From Alphaproteobacteria bacterium (GTDB taxonomy: Bacteria > Pseudomonadota > Alphaproteobacteria > JAAXGF01): DNA of 64,000 nucleotides. The stretch lies in assembly GCA_963555825.3 (NCBI GenBank), contig CAUVXB020000001.1, positions 448,001 through 512,000 of the forward strand, in the 5' to 3' direction. Shown piece by piece: positions 11,219-20,759 of this stretch; the first letter of the stretch is position 1, and every line of letters starts with the position of its first letter. The position numbers and the translations under genes are program-made. The notes under the pieces were generated by a model. It saw only the letters and a list, made by a program, of their open reading frames with translations, was not told the origin of the DNA and made no database searches.

Positions 11219-11248
11219 GGTCTCGCTTTACCCCGGTCTCAAGAGGTC

Positions 11249-11276
11249 GACGGGAGCGGCGGTTGCCGCTCCCGTC
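11249..11276 (-). promoter_or_regulatory. Intercistronic hairpin after the substrate-binding gene (mRNA stabiliser or partial terminator)
   Basis: gacgggagcggc-ggtt-gccgctcccgtc perfect 12-bp stem. Confidence 0.55.
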
Positions 11277-11308
11277 AATGCAATGTTAACCAACTATTCC
11301 TCGGCCAA

Positions 11309-12370
11309 CTACTCCTGGATCATCTCGTCGAAACGCTCCTGGAGCCCGTCGTAGCGCCCGACGTAGAAGGACGCATCGAGCACCAACTGAACCTTGGCGT
11401 TGGCCGGCGCCGAGTTGATGTCCTTCGCCTGTTCGGGCGAGATCTTGCCGGTCTCGAATGCCTTCTGGTTCACCGGGCCGTAAGCGATAAACTCAGGCAG
11501 GTTCGCCTGGTTCTCGGGGTTGATGAACTCGTTGATCGCCTTCATGGCGAGCTCCTTGTTCGGCGCGCCCTTGGGCACCATCACGCAATCGAAGTCGAAG
11601 ACACCCTCGTTGAAGGTAAAAGGCGGCCTTGGCGCCATCGTCGATCGCACCCTTGATGCGGCCGTTCCAGATCGAGATGATGTCGACCTCGCCGTCCTTC
11701 ATCAGCTGCATCGACTGCGCGCCCGACGTCCACCACACCGCGACATTCGGCTGGAGTTTCGCGAGCTTGGCGAAGGCGCGGTCCTGGCCCGCCTGGGTCA
11801 ACAGCGTTTCGTAGACCTTGTCCATCGGCACGCCGTCGGCCATCAGAGCGGCCTCGATGTTGTAGTAGGGCTTCTTGTACATCGCGCGCGAGCCCGGGAA
11901 CTTGTCTGTATCGAAGAAGTCCGCCCAGTTCTGCGGACCGTTGTCGCCGAATTTCTCGGTGCTCCAGGCGATGATCGTCGAATAGTAGATGATACCGACC
12001 CAATGGCTGCTGACCAGCGCGGGATCGATGCCGTCGGTGTTGATCACCGAATAGTCGAGCGGCTCGAGATGGCCTTCGTTCTGGAGCTGGACGCAGGTAT
12101 TGCTGCCCTGCTCGGTGATGTCCCACTTCACCGCATTGGCCATGACCTGCGCGCGCACGTCGGCGATGCCGTTGGTGGTGTCTTCCTTGATCGTGATGCC
12201 CAAGGTCTTCGCCGCCGGTATATAGAACGCATTGCGCTCGGCTTCCTGGAACGATCCGCCCCAGGACGACACGGTGATGCTGTCTTGTGCCTGGGCGGGG
12301 GTCGCGGCGAACCCCAGCAACGCGGCGCTGGCGATCGCGGCAGTAAGTGCTTTGACTTTTATGGTCTCAT
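11309..12370 (-). pseudogene. PotD-like ABC substrate-binding protein, apparently frameshifted twice
   Basis: Signal peptide, SWGGSF, WNGR, VPKGAPN; frame change at the A-run ~11618-11621; the ATG at 12370 after GGGAG is out of frame with the body. Confidence 0.8.
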
Positions 12371-12800
12371 GTTCTCCCGTACATCGTTGTTCTCGTTGCC
12401 GCGGCTCGCGGGTTCTTCCCGATGGCTCGATCGAGCAACAGCGACCGTACCGTCCGACCGGCGATCGGAAATCGCGATTCCCAACCCGCCAATTGCGGCA
12501 CTTGCATGCGATGTTACCACAACCTCGGAACCTTGCACCGTTCATTCCATCGCATGGTCGCAGCGCAGACTAGCCAACGTCGCGCTGGATCGGCAGTGCG
12601 GCGGGTGGCATGTTTTTGCAAGGCAGCTATGCGCCATGGCGAGTTCGCTCATCGCCTGTGACCCCCGTCACAGACAATCAAGCGCCCGTTCGCTAGTGTC
12701 CGGTCCCGAAACCACAGGGATGAACCGGGTGTAAGCCCCTGTTTTTCCCGGTTGGAGAACAAGGAGGGCCTCGACGGTCTGTACGACCCCGCCCCGGCGT

Positions 12801-12880
12801 CCTCGAAAGGGCAAACCGTCGGCGACGGCGGGACGCAAAGCCTCCGGCCTGGCATGTGTCAGGTAGCGGGGTTGCCGAAA
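12801..12880 (+). ncRNA. c-di-GMP-I (GEMM-I) riboswitch
   Basis: GGGCAAACC-gtcg-gcga-cggc-GGGACGCAAAGCCTCCGGCCT...AGGTAGCGGGGTTGCCGA closely follows the Vc2 aptamer consensus. Confidence 0.9.
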
Positions 12881-13318
12881 GGAGACGAACGACGTGCCAT
12901 TCGGCACGTATCCGCTCCTCAAGGACTTTTTCGAGGCCGCGTTTCGATTGGCGAGACGCGGGGTGTCTTGAACACCAGCGGAGGATCTATCGTTGCACCA
13001 CTCTCAACGTTCGATCAGGCCAGCGCGTCCCGCAACAACGGGCGTCGCCGGCCGCAATGGTCCTCCGGTCACGCAACCGTCCCACGCACGCCGCCATGCG
13101 CGTGCGGCGACGGCTTCGGACAACCGAGAACTGGCGGGACCCGCCATCCCTATCGATGGCGGATCGCACAACCCGATCGGCCGCCAATTCGCAACCCAGT
13201 AGGTGCCATGATCGATCAATATTATGACCCGACCCCTAGTTCGAGCCTCTTCGGTTCGGACCTGGACGCAGCCAACACAACGAGCGAGGAAACGCCCGAG
13301 GAGAGCCGGCGGCAGCCG

Positions 13319-14083
13319 ATGCGCGTCATCGTTTTCGCCTCGCAGAAGGGCGGTTCCGGCAAGACGACGCTGTGTGGCCAGCTCGCCGTCGAGGCCGACC
13401 GCGCCGGCGCCGGCCCTGTCGCGCTGATCGACACCGACCCGCAGGGCAGCCTCGCCGACTGGTGGAACGCGCGCGCCTCCGATACGCCGGCATTCGTCAA
13501 GACCTCGTTCGCGCACATGAAGGAAGACCTCGAGGAACTGCGCGCGCAGGGCACCAAGCTGGTCTTCATCGACACGCCGCCGGCGGTCGCCGACACGATC
13601 AAGGCGGTTGTCGGCCACGCCGATCTGGTCGTCATCCCGACGCGGCCCAGTCCGCACGACCTGCGCGCCGTCGGCGCCACCGTCGACATCATCGAGGGCC
13701 TCGGCAAGCCGCTGGTTTTCGCCGTCAACGGCGCGACGCCTCGCGCGCGGATCACCGGCGAGGCCGCCGTCGCGCTGTCGCAGCACGGTACCGTCGCGCC
13801 GGTCACCGTGCACCAGCGGATCGACTTCGCGACCAGCATGATCGACGGCCGGACGGTCAGTGAGATCAACGCGGCCTCGCGCTCGGCCGAAGAGGTCGAT
13901 GGGCTCTGGCAGTACCTCTCGACCCGTCTCGGCAAGGTCGAGCGGCGTATGGCGCGGCTGCCCTTCGACGGTCTCGACAGGCGTCATCCCGACCATGGCC
14001 GCCCGTTCGCGGGCCCGGTCGCGCGCCCGCCTTTCGGGCGGCGCGTCGAGCGCATGGCGGCCGCCCACCAGATCGCCGAGTAG
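13319..14083 (+). CDS. ParA family ATPase (short ParA/ParF type) with Arg-rich C-terminal tail; alternative in-frame start at 13208
   Basis: QKGGSGKTT deviant Walker A, DTDPQG, IDTPP. Confidence 0.9.
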   Translation: MRVIVFASQKGGSGKTTLCGQLAVEADRAGAGPVALIDTDPQGSLADWWNARASDTPAFVKTSFAHMKEDLEELRAQGTKLVFIDTPPAVADTIKAVVGHADLVVIPTRPSPHDLRAVGATVDIIEGLGKPLVFAVNGATPRARITGEAAVALSQHGTVAPVTVHQRIDFATSMIDGRTVSEINAASRSAEEVDGLWQYLSTRLGKVERRMARLPFDGLDRRHPDHGRPFAGPVARPPFGRRVERMAAAHQIAE

Positions 14084-14110
14084 AACCCTAGCGAGGAGTT
14101 AAAAAGTACA

Positions 14111-16079
14111 ATGATTGACCATAACGCAACCTCGCTCGCGACGGCGCTGTTCGCGCGCAAGGGCGAAGCCATACCGTCGCCTGCCGTCAGCTATGTCAGC
14201 ATCACCCAGCTCGAGGCCGGAACCGACGAACGGCACGCGCCTGCGTCGCTTTGCCTGATCGGCGAAACCGATCTCGAGCCGACCGTCGACGACGCCGAGC
14301 GACCGCTGTCGTCGTTGATTCACAGGCACCGTCCGCGCCCGGCGCCCGTGACCCTGTCGGCCCCGGCCCCGGCCAACGACACGACGACGGCGGCGTGGGA
14401 GCGGTCCGACCGCCAGGGCACGACGATCGATATCATGCGCTATCTCAGCGTCGCATCGGGTCGTGCCAACGACGATGCCGGCAGTGGTGAGCGCGTGGTC
14501 GAGACGAGCTATGTCCGAAAGTTGGTGACGGAGCTATCAGGCGGCGTGTTTGGTTATCTTGATTCCGTCCTTGAACGGCACTCCTTCGACGAGTTCGGCG
14601 AGTTGATTTGATCCGTCCAGCTTCCGCCATTTCCGCCTGGCACTCAAGATCAGTTTGAAGGCCATGGCGAGCGCCGTCTTGCGGCTCAGGCACCCCTTGG
14701 TCTTCACGGTCCTCAGGCGCACCGTGGCGAAGGTGCTTTCGATGGGGTTGGTGGTGCGGATGTGCTTCCAGTGCTCGGCCGGGAAGTCGTAGAAGCTCAG
14801 CAGGCGTTCACGGTCCTTGACCAGGCGCTCTGCGGCCTTGTGGTATTTTGCGCCGTAGGCTGCGATGAAGAAGTCGAAGGCGGCTTCGGCGTCGGCCCTA
14901 GTCTCGGCCATCCAGATGTCGTGCAGATGGCCCTTGGCTTTGGCCTGCAGGGATTTGGGCATCTGGTTGAGCACGTTGGCGGTCTTGTGGACCCAGCAAC
15001 GCTGCACCCTGGTCTCTCCGTAAACCTCGCGTAGCGCCTTCCAGAAGCCCAAGGCGCCGTCGCCGACGGCCAACTCGGGGCCGGTCTCCAAGCCCCGGCG
15101 CTTGAGATCAAGCAGCAGTTCCTTCCAGCTTTGCGCGCTCTCTCGATAACCGTCGACCATGCCGACGATGTCCTTGTTGCCCATGGCGTCGGCGCCGATG
15201 ATCACCAGAACACACTGTTTGTCATGGTCCATGCGAGGCGAGAAGTAGACCCCGTCGGCCCAAAAATAGACGTAGCGCCGAGCCGAAAGGTCGCGCTTTT
15301 GCCAGGCTTCGTATTCGTCCCACCAGACCGCTTTCAGCCGGCCAATGGTGCTGGCCGTCAGGCCCGGCGCGTCCGGTCCCAGCAGCGCCGCCAGGGCCTC
15401 CGAAAAGTCGCCGCTGGAGATGCCCTTCAGATAAAGCCAGGGCAGAAGCGCCTCGACCGACTTGGCGCGCCTGAGATAAGGCGGCAGGATCGATGACGTG
15501 AAACGGATGCGCCCGCCCGTGGCCTGTGGATCTCGGTCTCGCACTCTTGGCCGCTTCACCGTCACAGCTCCGATCCCGGTCTGAACCTCGCGTTCCGGCA
15601 TGTGCCCGTGACGGACAATACGGCGCCGGCCCGAAGCGTCGGTCAAATCGGCATGGGCTTCAATATGGGCGGCAACTTCCGCTTCAATCGCCTGGCCAAG
15701 CAACTGCCGGGCGCCGGCGCGCAATATCTCCGTCAGCGGATCGTCGGAAAATGACTCTGGCTGGCGCAACGCAACAACTGTATCGTCTTTCATGGCGTAT
15801 CCCTTTCTTCGGAAAATTGGCGTCTTCATCAACGCCAGGATACGCCGCCTTCATTCTCCATCACCAAGATTCAGCTATAGCTCGGTCGAGACGCCGCCGC
15901 TCCGACTGTCGCGTCGCCACAAGCGCAAGCAACTCACCATGCGTCTCGGCTACGACGCGTTCCGGCATCTCCAGAACATCTCGTACGTATCGGACGCGAC
16001 GTACCAGAGCCTGCTCGAGGCCGCGGTGTTGGCCTACCTCGAGACCCTCGATACGGAACACGCCGCCGAGGCGGGATAG
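14111..16079 (+). pseudogene. ParA-associated protein (probable C-terminal ribbon-helix-helix), split by IS256
   Basis: ALFARKGEA N-terminal motif; removing the IS gives ..ERVVET-PPLRLSRRHKRKQLTMRLG..YQSLLEAAVLAYL*. Confidence 0.7.
14506..15883 (-). mobile_element. IS256 family element (tnp 14537-15793)
   Basis: Imperfect TIR GAGCTAT..; 9-bp DR ggtcgagac at 14497-14505 and 15884-15892; WADG, QRCWVH, RTTNPIES. Confidence 0.95.
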
Positions 16080-16224
16080 GCGCGAGCGGCGGGCGGGATC
16101 GAACGCGCCTTGTTTGATCGGTCGGGCGCCTGATCCTTGGTATGGGGTCCCGCCCGCCGCCGCTTTATTCCTTTGCGAAATCCGGGCTAGAGTGCGGCAG
16201 CTTTCAGCTGCCGTAGGAAGGCCG

Positions 16225-17949
16225 ATGGCGTTTATCCGACTCCGTACCCCGGCGCGCGCCGCAGCTTGGCTGCTCGGCGCGCTGCTGCTGTGGCAAGCCG
16301 CCGCCCAGGCCGATCAGGCGCCGGCCCGCGCCGAGCGCTACATGATCGCGACCGCCAATCCGCTGGCCGCCCGCGCCGGGCTCGAGATTCTGCGCGCCGG
16401 CGGCAGTGCGGTCGACGCGGCGATCGCCGCGCAAATGGTGCTCAATCTGGTCGAGCCCCAGTCGTCGGGCATCGGCGGTGGCGGCTTCATGCTGCATTAC
16501 GACGCCGAAACGCGGCGCGTGACGGCCTATGACGGGCGCGAGACCGCGCCGGCCGCCGTGACACCCGGGCTGTTCCTCGACGCCGGCGGCGCGCCTCTCG
16601 GCTTCTGGGACGCGGTGATCGGCGGCCGTTCGGTCGGCGTGCCGGGACTGCTGAGCATGCTCGCCCTGGCGCAACGCGACCACGGCCGGCTGCCCTGGCC
16701 TCGCCTATTCACGCGCGCCATCGACCTGGCCGAGACCGGTTTCGCGGTGTCGCCCAGGCTTCATGAGTTGATTGCGGGCGCCAAGGGGCTCGATACCTTC
16801 GAGGCGGCGGGCGACTATTTCTTCACGCCCGACGGCGCGCCGCTCGCGATCGGCGCGCGGCGCGACAATCCGGCGTTCGCGACGACGCTGCGCACGATCG
16901 CGCGCGAGGGCGTCGCGCCGTTCTACGCGGGCGCCATCGCCGCCGACATCGTCGCCGCGGTGCGGCGCGCCAGACGCAACCCCAGCGTCATGACGGCCGC
17001 GGACATGGCGGGCTTCGACGCCCGCGCGCTGGAGCCCGTCTGCGCCGACTACCGGGTGTGGCGCGTCTGCGGCATGGGGCCGCCGAGCTCGGGCGCGGTC
17101 GCCACGCTGCAAACGCTCGGTATCCTGAACGCCTTCGACCTCGCCGCGCTGGCGCCGGGTTCGGCCGACGCGGTGCATCTGATTTCCGAGGCGAGCCGTC
17201 TCGCCTTCGCCGACCGTGCGCGCTATCTGGCCGACGACGCATTCGTCGATGTGCCCGTGCGCGGTCTCCTCGACCCGGGATATCTCGCGCGCCGCGCGGC
17301 GCTCATCGATCCCACGCGAAGCATGGGCAGGGCCGAGGCGGGTAAGCCGCCGTGGCGCGAAGGACGGCTCGGTGATCCCGGCGACGGACAGGAAGGGCCG
17401 TCGACCACCCATCTCAGTGTGGTCGATGCCGCGGGCAATGCCGTGTCGATGACGACCAGCATCGAGAGCGCGTTCGGTTCGCGCCTCATGGTGCGCGGCT
17501 TCATGCTCAACAACCAGCTGACCGACTTTTCGTTCCGTCCGGTGGTCGACGGTATGCCGGTCGCCAACCGGGTCGAGCCCGGCAAGCGGCCACGCTCGTC
17601 GATGGCGCCGACGTTGGTGCTCGACGGCGCGGGCAGGCTGGTGTTGGTCGTCGGCTCGCCGGGCGGCTCGCGTATCATCGGCTATGTCGTCCAGGCGCTG
17701 ATCGCCCAGCTCGATTGGGGTCTCGACGCGCAGCAGGCGCTCAGCCTGCCGCACCACGTCAACCGCAACGGCCCGACCGATCTCGAGTCGGCGAGGGGTT
17801 TTGCGCCGGTCGCGGCGGATCTGGCGTCGCGCGGCCACGAGATCAGGGTGCGCCCGCTGACCAGCGGATTGCACGCCATCGCCGTCACCGAAGACGGCCT
17901 CGAAGGCGGCGCCGACCCACGCCGCGAGGGCGTCGCGCTGGGCGATTGA
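16225..17949 (+). CDS. ggt: Gamma-glutamyltransferase
   Basis: GGSAVDAAIA, EPQSSGIGGG, STTHLSVVD autoprocessing site, PGKRPRSSM, GSPGG. Confidence 0.93.
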   Translation: MAFIRLRTPARAAAWLLGALLLWQAAAQADQAPARAERYMIATANPLAARAGLEILRAGGSAVDAAIAAQMVLNLVEPQSSGIGGGGFMLHYDAETRRVTAYDGRETAPAAVTPGLFLDAGGAPLGFWDAVIGGRSVGVPGLLSMLALAQRDHGRLPWPRLFTRAIDLAETGFAVSPRLHELIAGAKGLDTFEAAGDYFFTPDGAPLAIGARRDNPAFATTLRTIAREGVAPFYAGAIAADIVAAVRRARRNPSVMTAADMAGFDARALEPVCADYRVWRVCGMGPPSSGAVATLQTLGILNAFDLAALAPGSADAVHLISEASRLAFADRARYLADDAFVDVPVRGLLDPGYLARRAALIDPTRSMGRAEAGKPPWREGRLGDPGDGQEGPSTTHLSVVDAAGNAVSMTTSIESAFGSRLMVRGFMLNNQLTDFSFRPVVDGMPVANRVEPGKRPRSSMAPTLVLDGAGRLVLVVGSPGGSRIIGYVVQALIAQLDWGLDAQQALSLPHHVNRNGPTDLESARGFAPVAADLASRGHEIRVRPLTSGLHAIAVTEDGLEGGADPRREGVALGD

Positions 17950-18026
17950 CGGCGTTGGTCTGTCTCCGGTGAGAATTTCGGGCTAGATTGGGCCGTCCTG
18001 CGGCCAACCAATCAGAGGAGGGAACC

Positions 18027-18716
18027 ATCGGTAAGACAGTTCTGATCACCGGCGCCAATCGAGGTCTCGGGCTGCAATTCGCCAAGCAATACGCCGACGA
18101 CGGCTGGCGCGTCCACGCCGCCTGCCGAACGCCGGACGCCGCCGGGGCGTTGAACGAGGCCGCGGCCGGCGGCGCGATGACGCTGCACCGGCTCGATATT
18201 TGCGACGGCGACCAAGTCGGCGCGCTCGCCGCGGCGCTCGCCGGTGAGGCGATCGACGTGCTGCTCAACAATGCCGGCGTGATCGGCGACCGCAGCGCGT
18301 TCGGCGCCACCGACTATACGGTGTGGGAAGCGACGCTGCGGACCAACACGTTGGCGCCGATGCGCATGGCCGAGGCCTTCGCCGACCACGTCGTGGCGAG
18401 CGCGCGCAAGCAGATGGTTTTCGTCTCGAGCCGCATGGGCAGCATCGGCGACAACGGCGAAGGCGGCTCCTACGTCTACCGCTCGTCCAAGGCGGCGCTC
18501 AACGCCGTGATCAAGAGCCTGTCGATCGATCTCGCCGTGCGCGGCGTCACCGCCGTCGCCTTCCACCCGGGTTGGGTGTCGACCGACATGGGCGGCGCGT
18601 CGGCGCCGATCGGCCCGGCCGAGAGCGTCGGCGGCATGCGCCGGGTCATCGAACGGCTGACGCCGGCCGACAACGGCCGCTTCATCAACTACGACGGTTC
18701 GGAAATTCCCTGGTAG
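18027..18716 (+). CDS. SDR family oxidoreductase (C-factor/CsgA-like); the codon at the expected start is ATC
   Basis: TGANRGLG, NNAG, YRSSK, HPGWVSTDMG; RBS GAGGAGG precedes ATC. Confidence 0.85.
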   Translation: MGKTVLITGANRGLGLQFAKQYADDGWRVHAACRTPDAAGALNEAAAGGAMTLHRLDICDGDQVGALAAALAGEAIDVLLNNAGVIGDRSAFGATDYTVWEATLRTNTLAPMRMAEAFADHVVASARKQMVFVSSRMGSIGDNGEGGSYVYRSSKAALNAVIKSLSIDLAVRGVTAVAFHPGWVSTDMGGASAPIGPAESVGGMRRVIERLTPADNGRFINYDGSEIPW

Positions 18717-18737
18717 GGAGGGCGCCGCTCCGGCCAA

Positions 18738-19000
18738 TACCAAGGATCAGTGATAAAGGCCCATAGAGATCGCGGCCGCTTTTCGCCGGTGAGGCAAGGG
18801 AGCCGCGGACGATGCAGCGCATCGGCTAGGCAACCTGGCGCCCTCCGGCGATAAGCGGCCGCGACCCGAATGGCGACCTGCCGTGGCTCTCGGACGTCGT
18901 TCCACCCGTCTTGCGATGCGCTGCATCGCCACGACGGGCGCGCCTAGCCGAAAAACCACGGCAAGCCGTCTCTATGGGTCTTTATCACTGATCCTTGGTA
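18738..19000. mobile_element. MITE-like highly palindromic element with TA ends
   Basis: ~32-bp TIR taccaaggatcagtgataaaggcccatagaga / tctctatgggtctttatcactgatccttggta (1 mismatch); nested internal IRs; no ORF. Confidence 0.85.
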
Positions 19001-20200
19001 TCAACGGACGTAGACGTGGACCTCGTTGGTCTGGATCGAGGTGCTGATCGCCGCCGACAGCGTCATGCGGTCGCCCGGCAGGCCCATCTCCGAGAGTGAG
19101 CGGAAGACCTGCTCGGCGTTGCGCTTCGAGAGGTTGCTCTTGACAACGACTTGGGCGGGCGTGCCCGAGTTGGCGGTGTAGGCGACGATGTCGAACGCGG
19201 CCGACGGCCTGCTGCCGAGAACCTGGGAGATGGCCGAATAGAGTGCCTGCTTATAAGGCACGTCGGGACGATCGAATCGGATCACGACGAGCGGCCGGCG
19301 CAACGAGCCCAGCGCGCTGCCCGACACCGGGCCCTGCGCGGCCGGCGCGGCGTAGTACGCGCTGTTCGACGAGAAACCGCTGTTGGCGAGCGGTGGGCCG
19401 AACATCTGGCCGTTCTTGATGCCGAGCGAGAGCGTCGTCAGGTGGCGTCGTTCGTTGTTGGCGTACGACGTCTGGCGCATCACCGTATCGTTGAGCTCGC
19501 CGAGCAGCCGGTCGATCAGGACGATCGTGCGGTTGACCTCGTCCTCGACCCTGGCGAGCTGGCGGTGGTCTTCGTCGACCGCGCCCGACAGCCCATAGGC
19601 CGCGCGGATCGATTCGAGCAGATAGGCCGACATGGCCGCCTTGGCGGCGACATCGTTGGCCAGCGTATTGAGCGCCGCAATGTCGGTCAGGATGCGGTCG
19701 AGCTCGCTCTGCGCGGTGTTCCACTGGCTGACCAGCACCGGGTTGCCCGGCGTCGTGCCGATCTGCAGGCGCGCGTTGACCGCCGCGACGATGGCGTAGT
19801 AGCGCTGCGCGTTTTGCTCGGTAATGCCGCGCAACTGTTGGAAGCGCGCCATGTCATTGGTCATCGACGCCTTGAGCGTCTCGAGTTCCTGCGCGTGCTG
19901 GGCGACCTTTGCGCCGACGAAGGTGCCGGTCGCGCCCATCGGCATGGTCGGCGCCGGCATCGTCGTGGCCGCCGGCATGACCGGCGCCGGCGCGGGCGCA
20001 TAAATCGGCGGCGGCGCGGGCGCATAGCTCGGCGTCGGCGAAAACACCGGCGCCGGTTGCTCCGCGGCCGACGGCCCGACGACGATCGTCTCACTCGGCT
20101 CGTCGCCGGTCAGCGTCGGCCAGAGGTCGTCCATCGACGAGCATCCCGCCAGGATCAGCGCTGCGCCGACGACCGCACCACAACTTCTATGACGTACCAT
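19001..20200 (-). CDS. Conserved alphaproteobacterial lipoprotein (coiled-coil, OmpA-like C-terminus)
   Basis: Lipobox LAGC, Pro-rich linker, GTTPGNP, PLVVIRF..NEVHVYVR. Confidence 0.75.
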   Translation of the reverse strand: MVRHRSCGAVVGAALILAGCSSMDDLWPTLTGDEPSETIVVGPSAAEQPAPVFSPTPSYAPAPPPIYAPAPAPVMPAATTMPAPTMPMGATGTFVGAKVAQHAQELETLKASMTNDMARFQQLRGITEQNAQRYYAIVAAVNARLQIGTTPGNPVLVSQWNTAQSELDRILTDIAALNTLANDVAAKAAMSAYLLESIRAAYGLSGAVDEDHRQLARVEDEVNRTIVLIDRLLGELNDTVMRQTSYANNERRHLTTLSLGIKNGQMFGPPLANSGFSSNSAYYAAPAAQGPVSGSALGSLRRPLVVIRFDRPDVPYKQALYSAISQVLGSRPSAAFDIVAYTANSGTPAQVVVKSNLSKRNAEQVFRSLSEMGLPGDRMTLSAAISTSIQTNEVHVYVR

Positions 20201-20485
20201 CCGCACGGCCTGCCTTTTTATTTTCGGGTCCCGACATGCTTTCGTTCAAATCCCAAGGTGCCGCGCGCATGTCCAGACGCGACGCAATATCGAACGAAAG
20301 CGCTTGATTCGATCGGGCCCCCAACTGCTCGCCGAGTGTACTCAAAGGGTTTGGGATCTACAAGTCTGTTTTAGCGGCGCGATTTGCAGGCGTTTCGCGG
20401 CCCGAAACTGCGGCTATCATGCGTCTGCGGGCTTGCTTTGGCGCGCGGAGATGAGTAGGTTCCGCCGACCAATGGCACAGCCATG

Positions 20486-20562
20486 GCGCCCGTAGCTCAG
20501 CTGGATAGAGCACCAGACTACGAATCTGGGGGTCGGGAGTTCGAATCTCTCCGGGCGCGCCA
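20486..20562 (+). tRNA. tRNA-Arg(ACG)
   Basis: GCGCCCG acceptor stem, TAGCTCAGCTGGATAGAGC D-arm, CCAGA-CT-ACG-AA-TCTGG, GTTCGAATC, encoded CCA. Confidence 0.97.
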
Positions 20563-20570
20563 ATTAAAAC

Positions 20571-20607
20571 AAGGTCTTAGCTGGAAACAGCTAGGGCCTT
20601 GTTCTTT
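20571..20607 (+). terminator. Probable terminator after the tRNA
   Basis: aaggtcttagctg-gaaa-cagctagggcctt followed by gttcttt. Confidence 0.5.
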
Positions 20608-20759
20608 GGAATTGTGGTTTGGCTAACAGCGGGCTATCAGGAGGCCCGGAAGAGTCTGGCCGGTACTCCCGTGTGCACAACCGGACCCCGTTTCGCGCGT
20701 TCTACCCCCCTAAAGTGGGCCGGCGCATGGTACTCTGGCCCAACGGTGATGAAAGAATT

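Noticed and set aside
12606-12620. Sigma-54 promoter TGGCATGTTTTTGCA
   Set aside because: GG-to-GC spacing is 9 bp rather than the required 10
13319-16079. Plasmid replicon or prophage partition locus
   Set aside because: No rep gene, iterons, ParB or phage structural genes; the context is chromosomal
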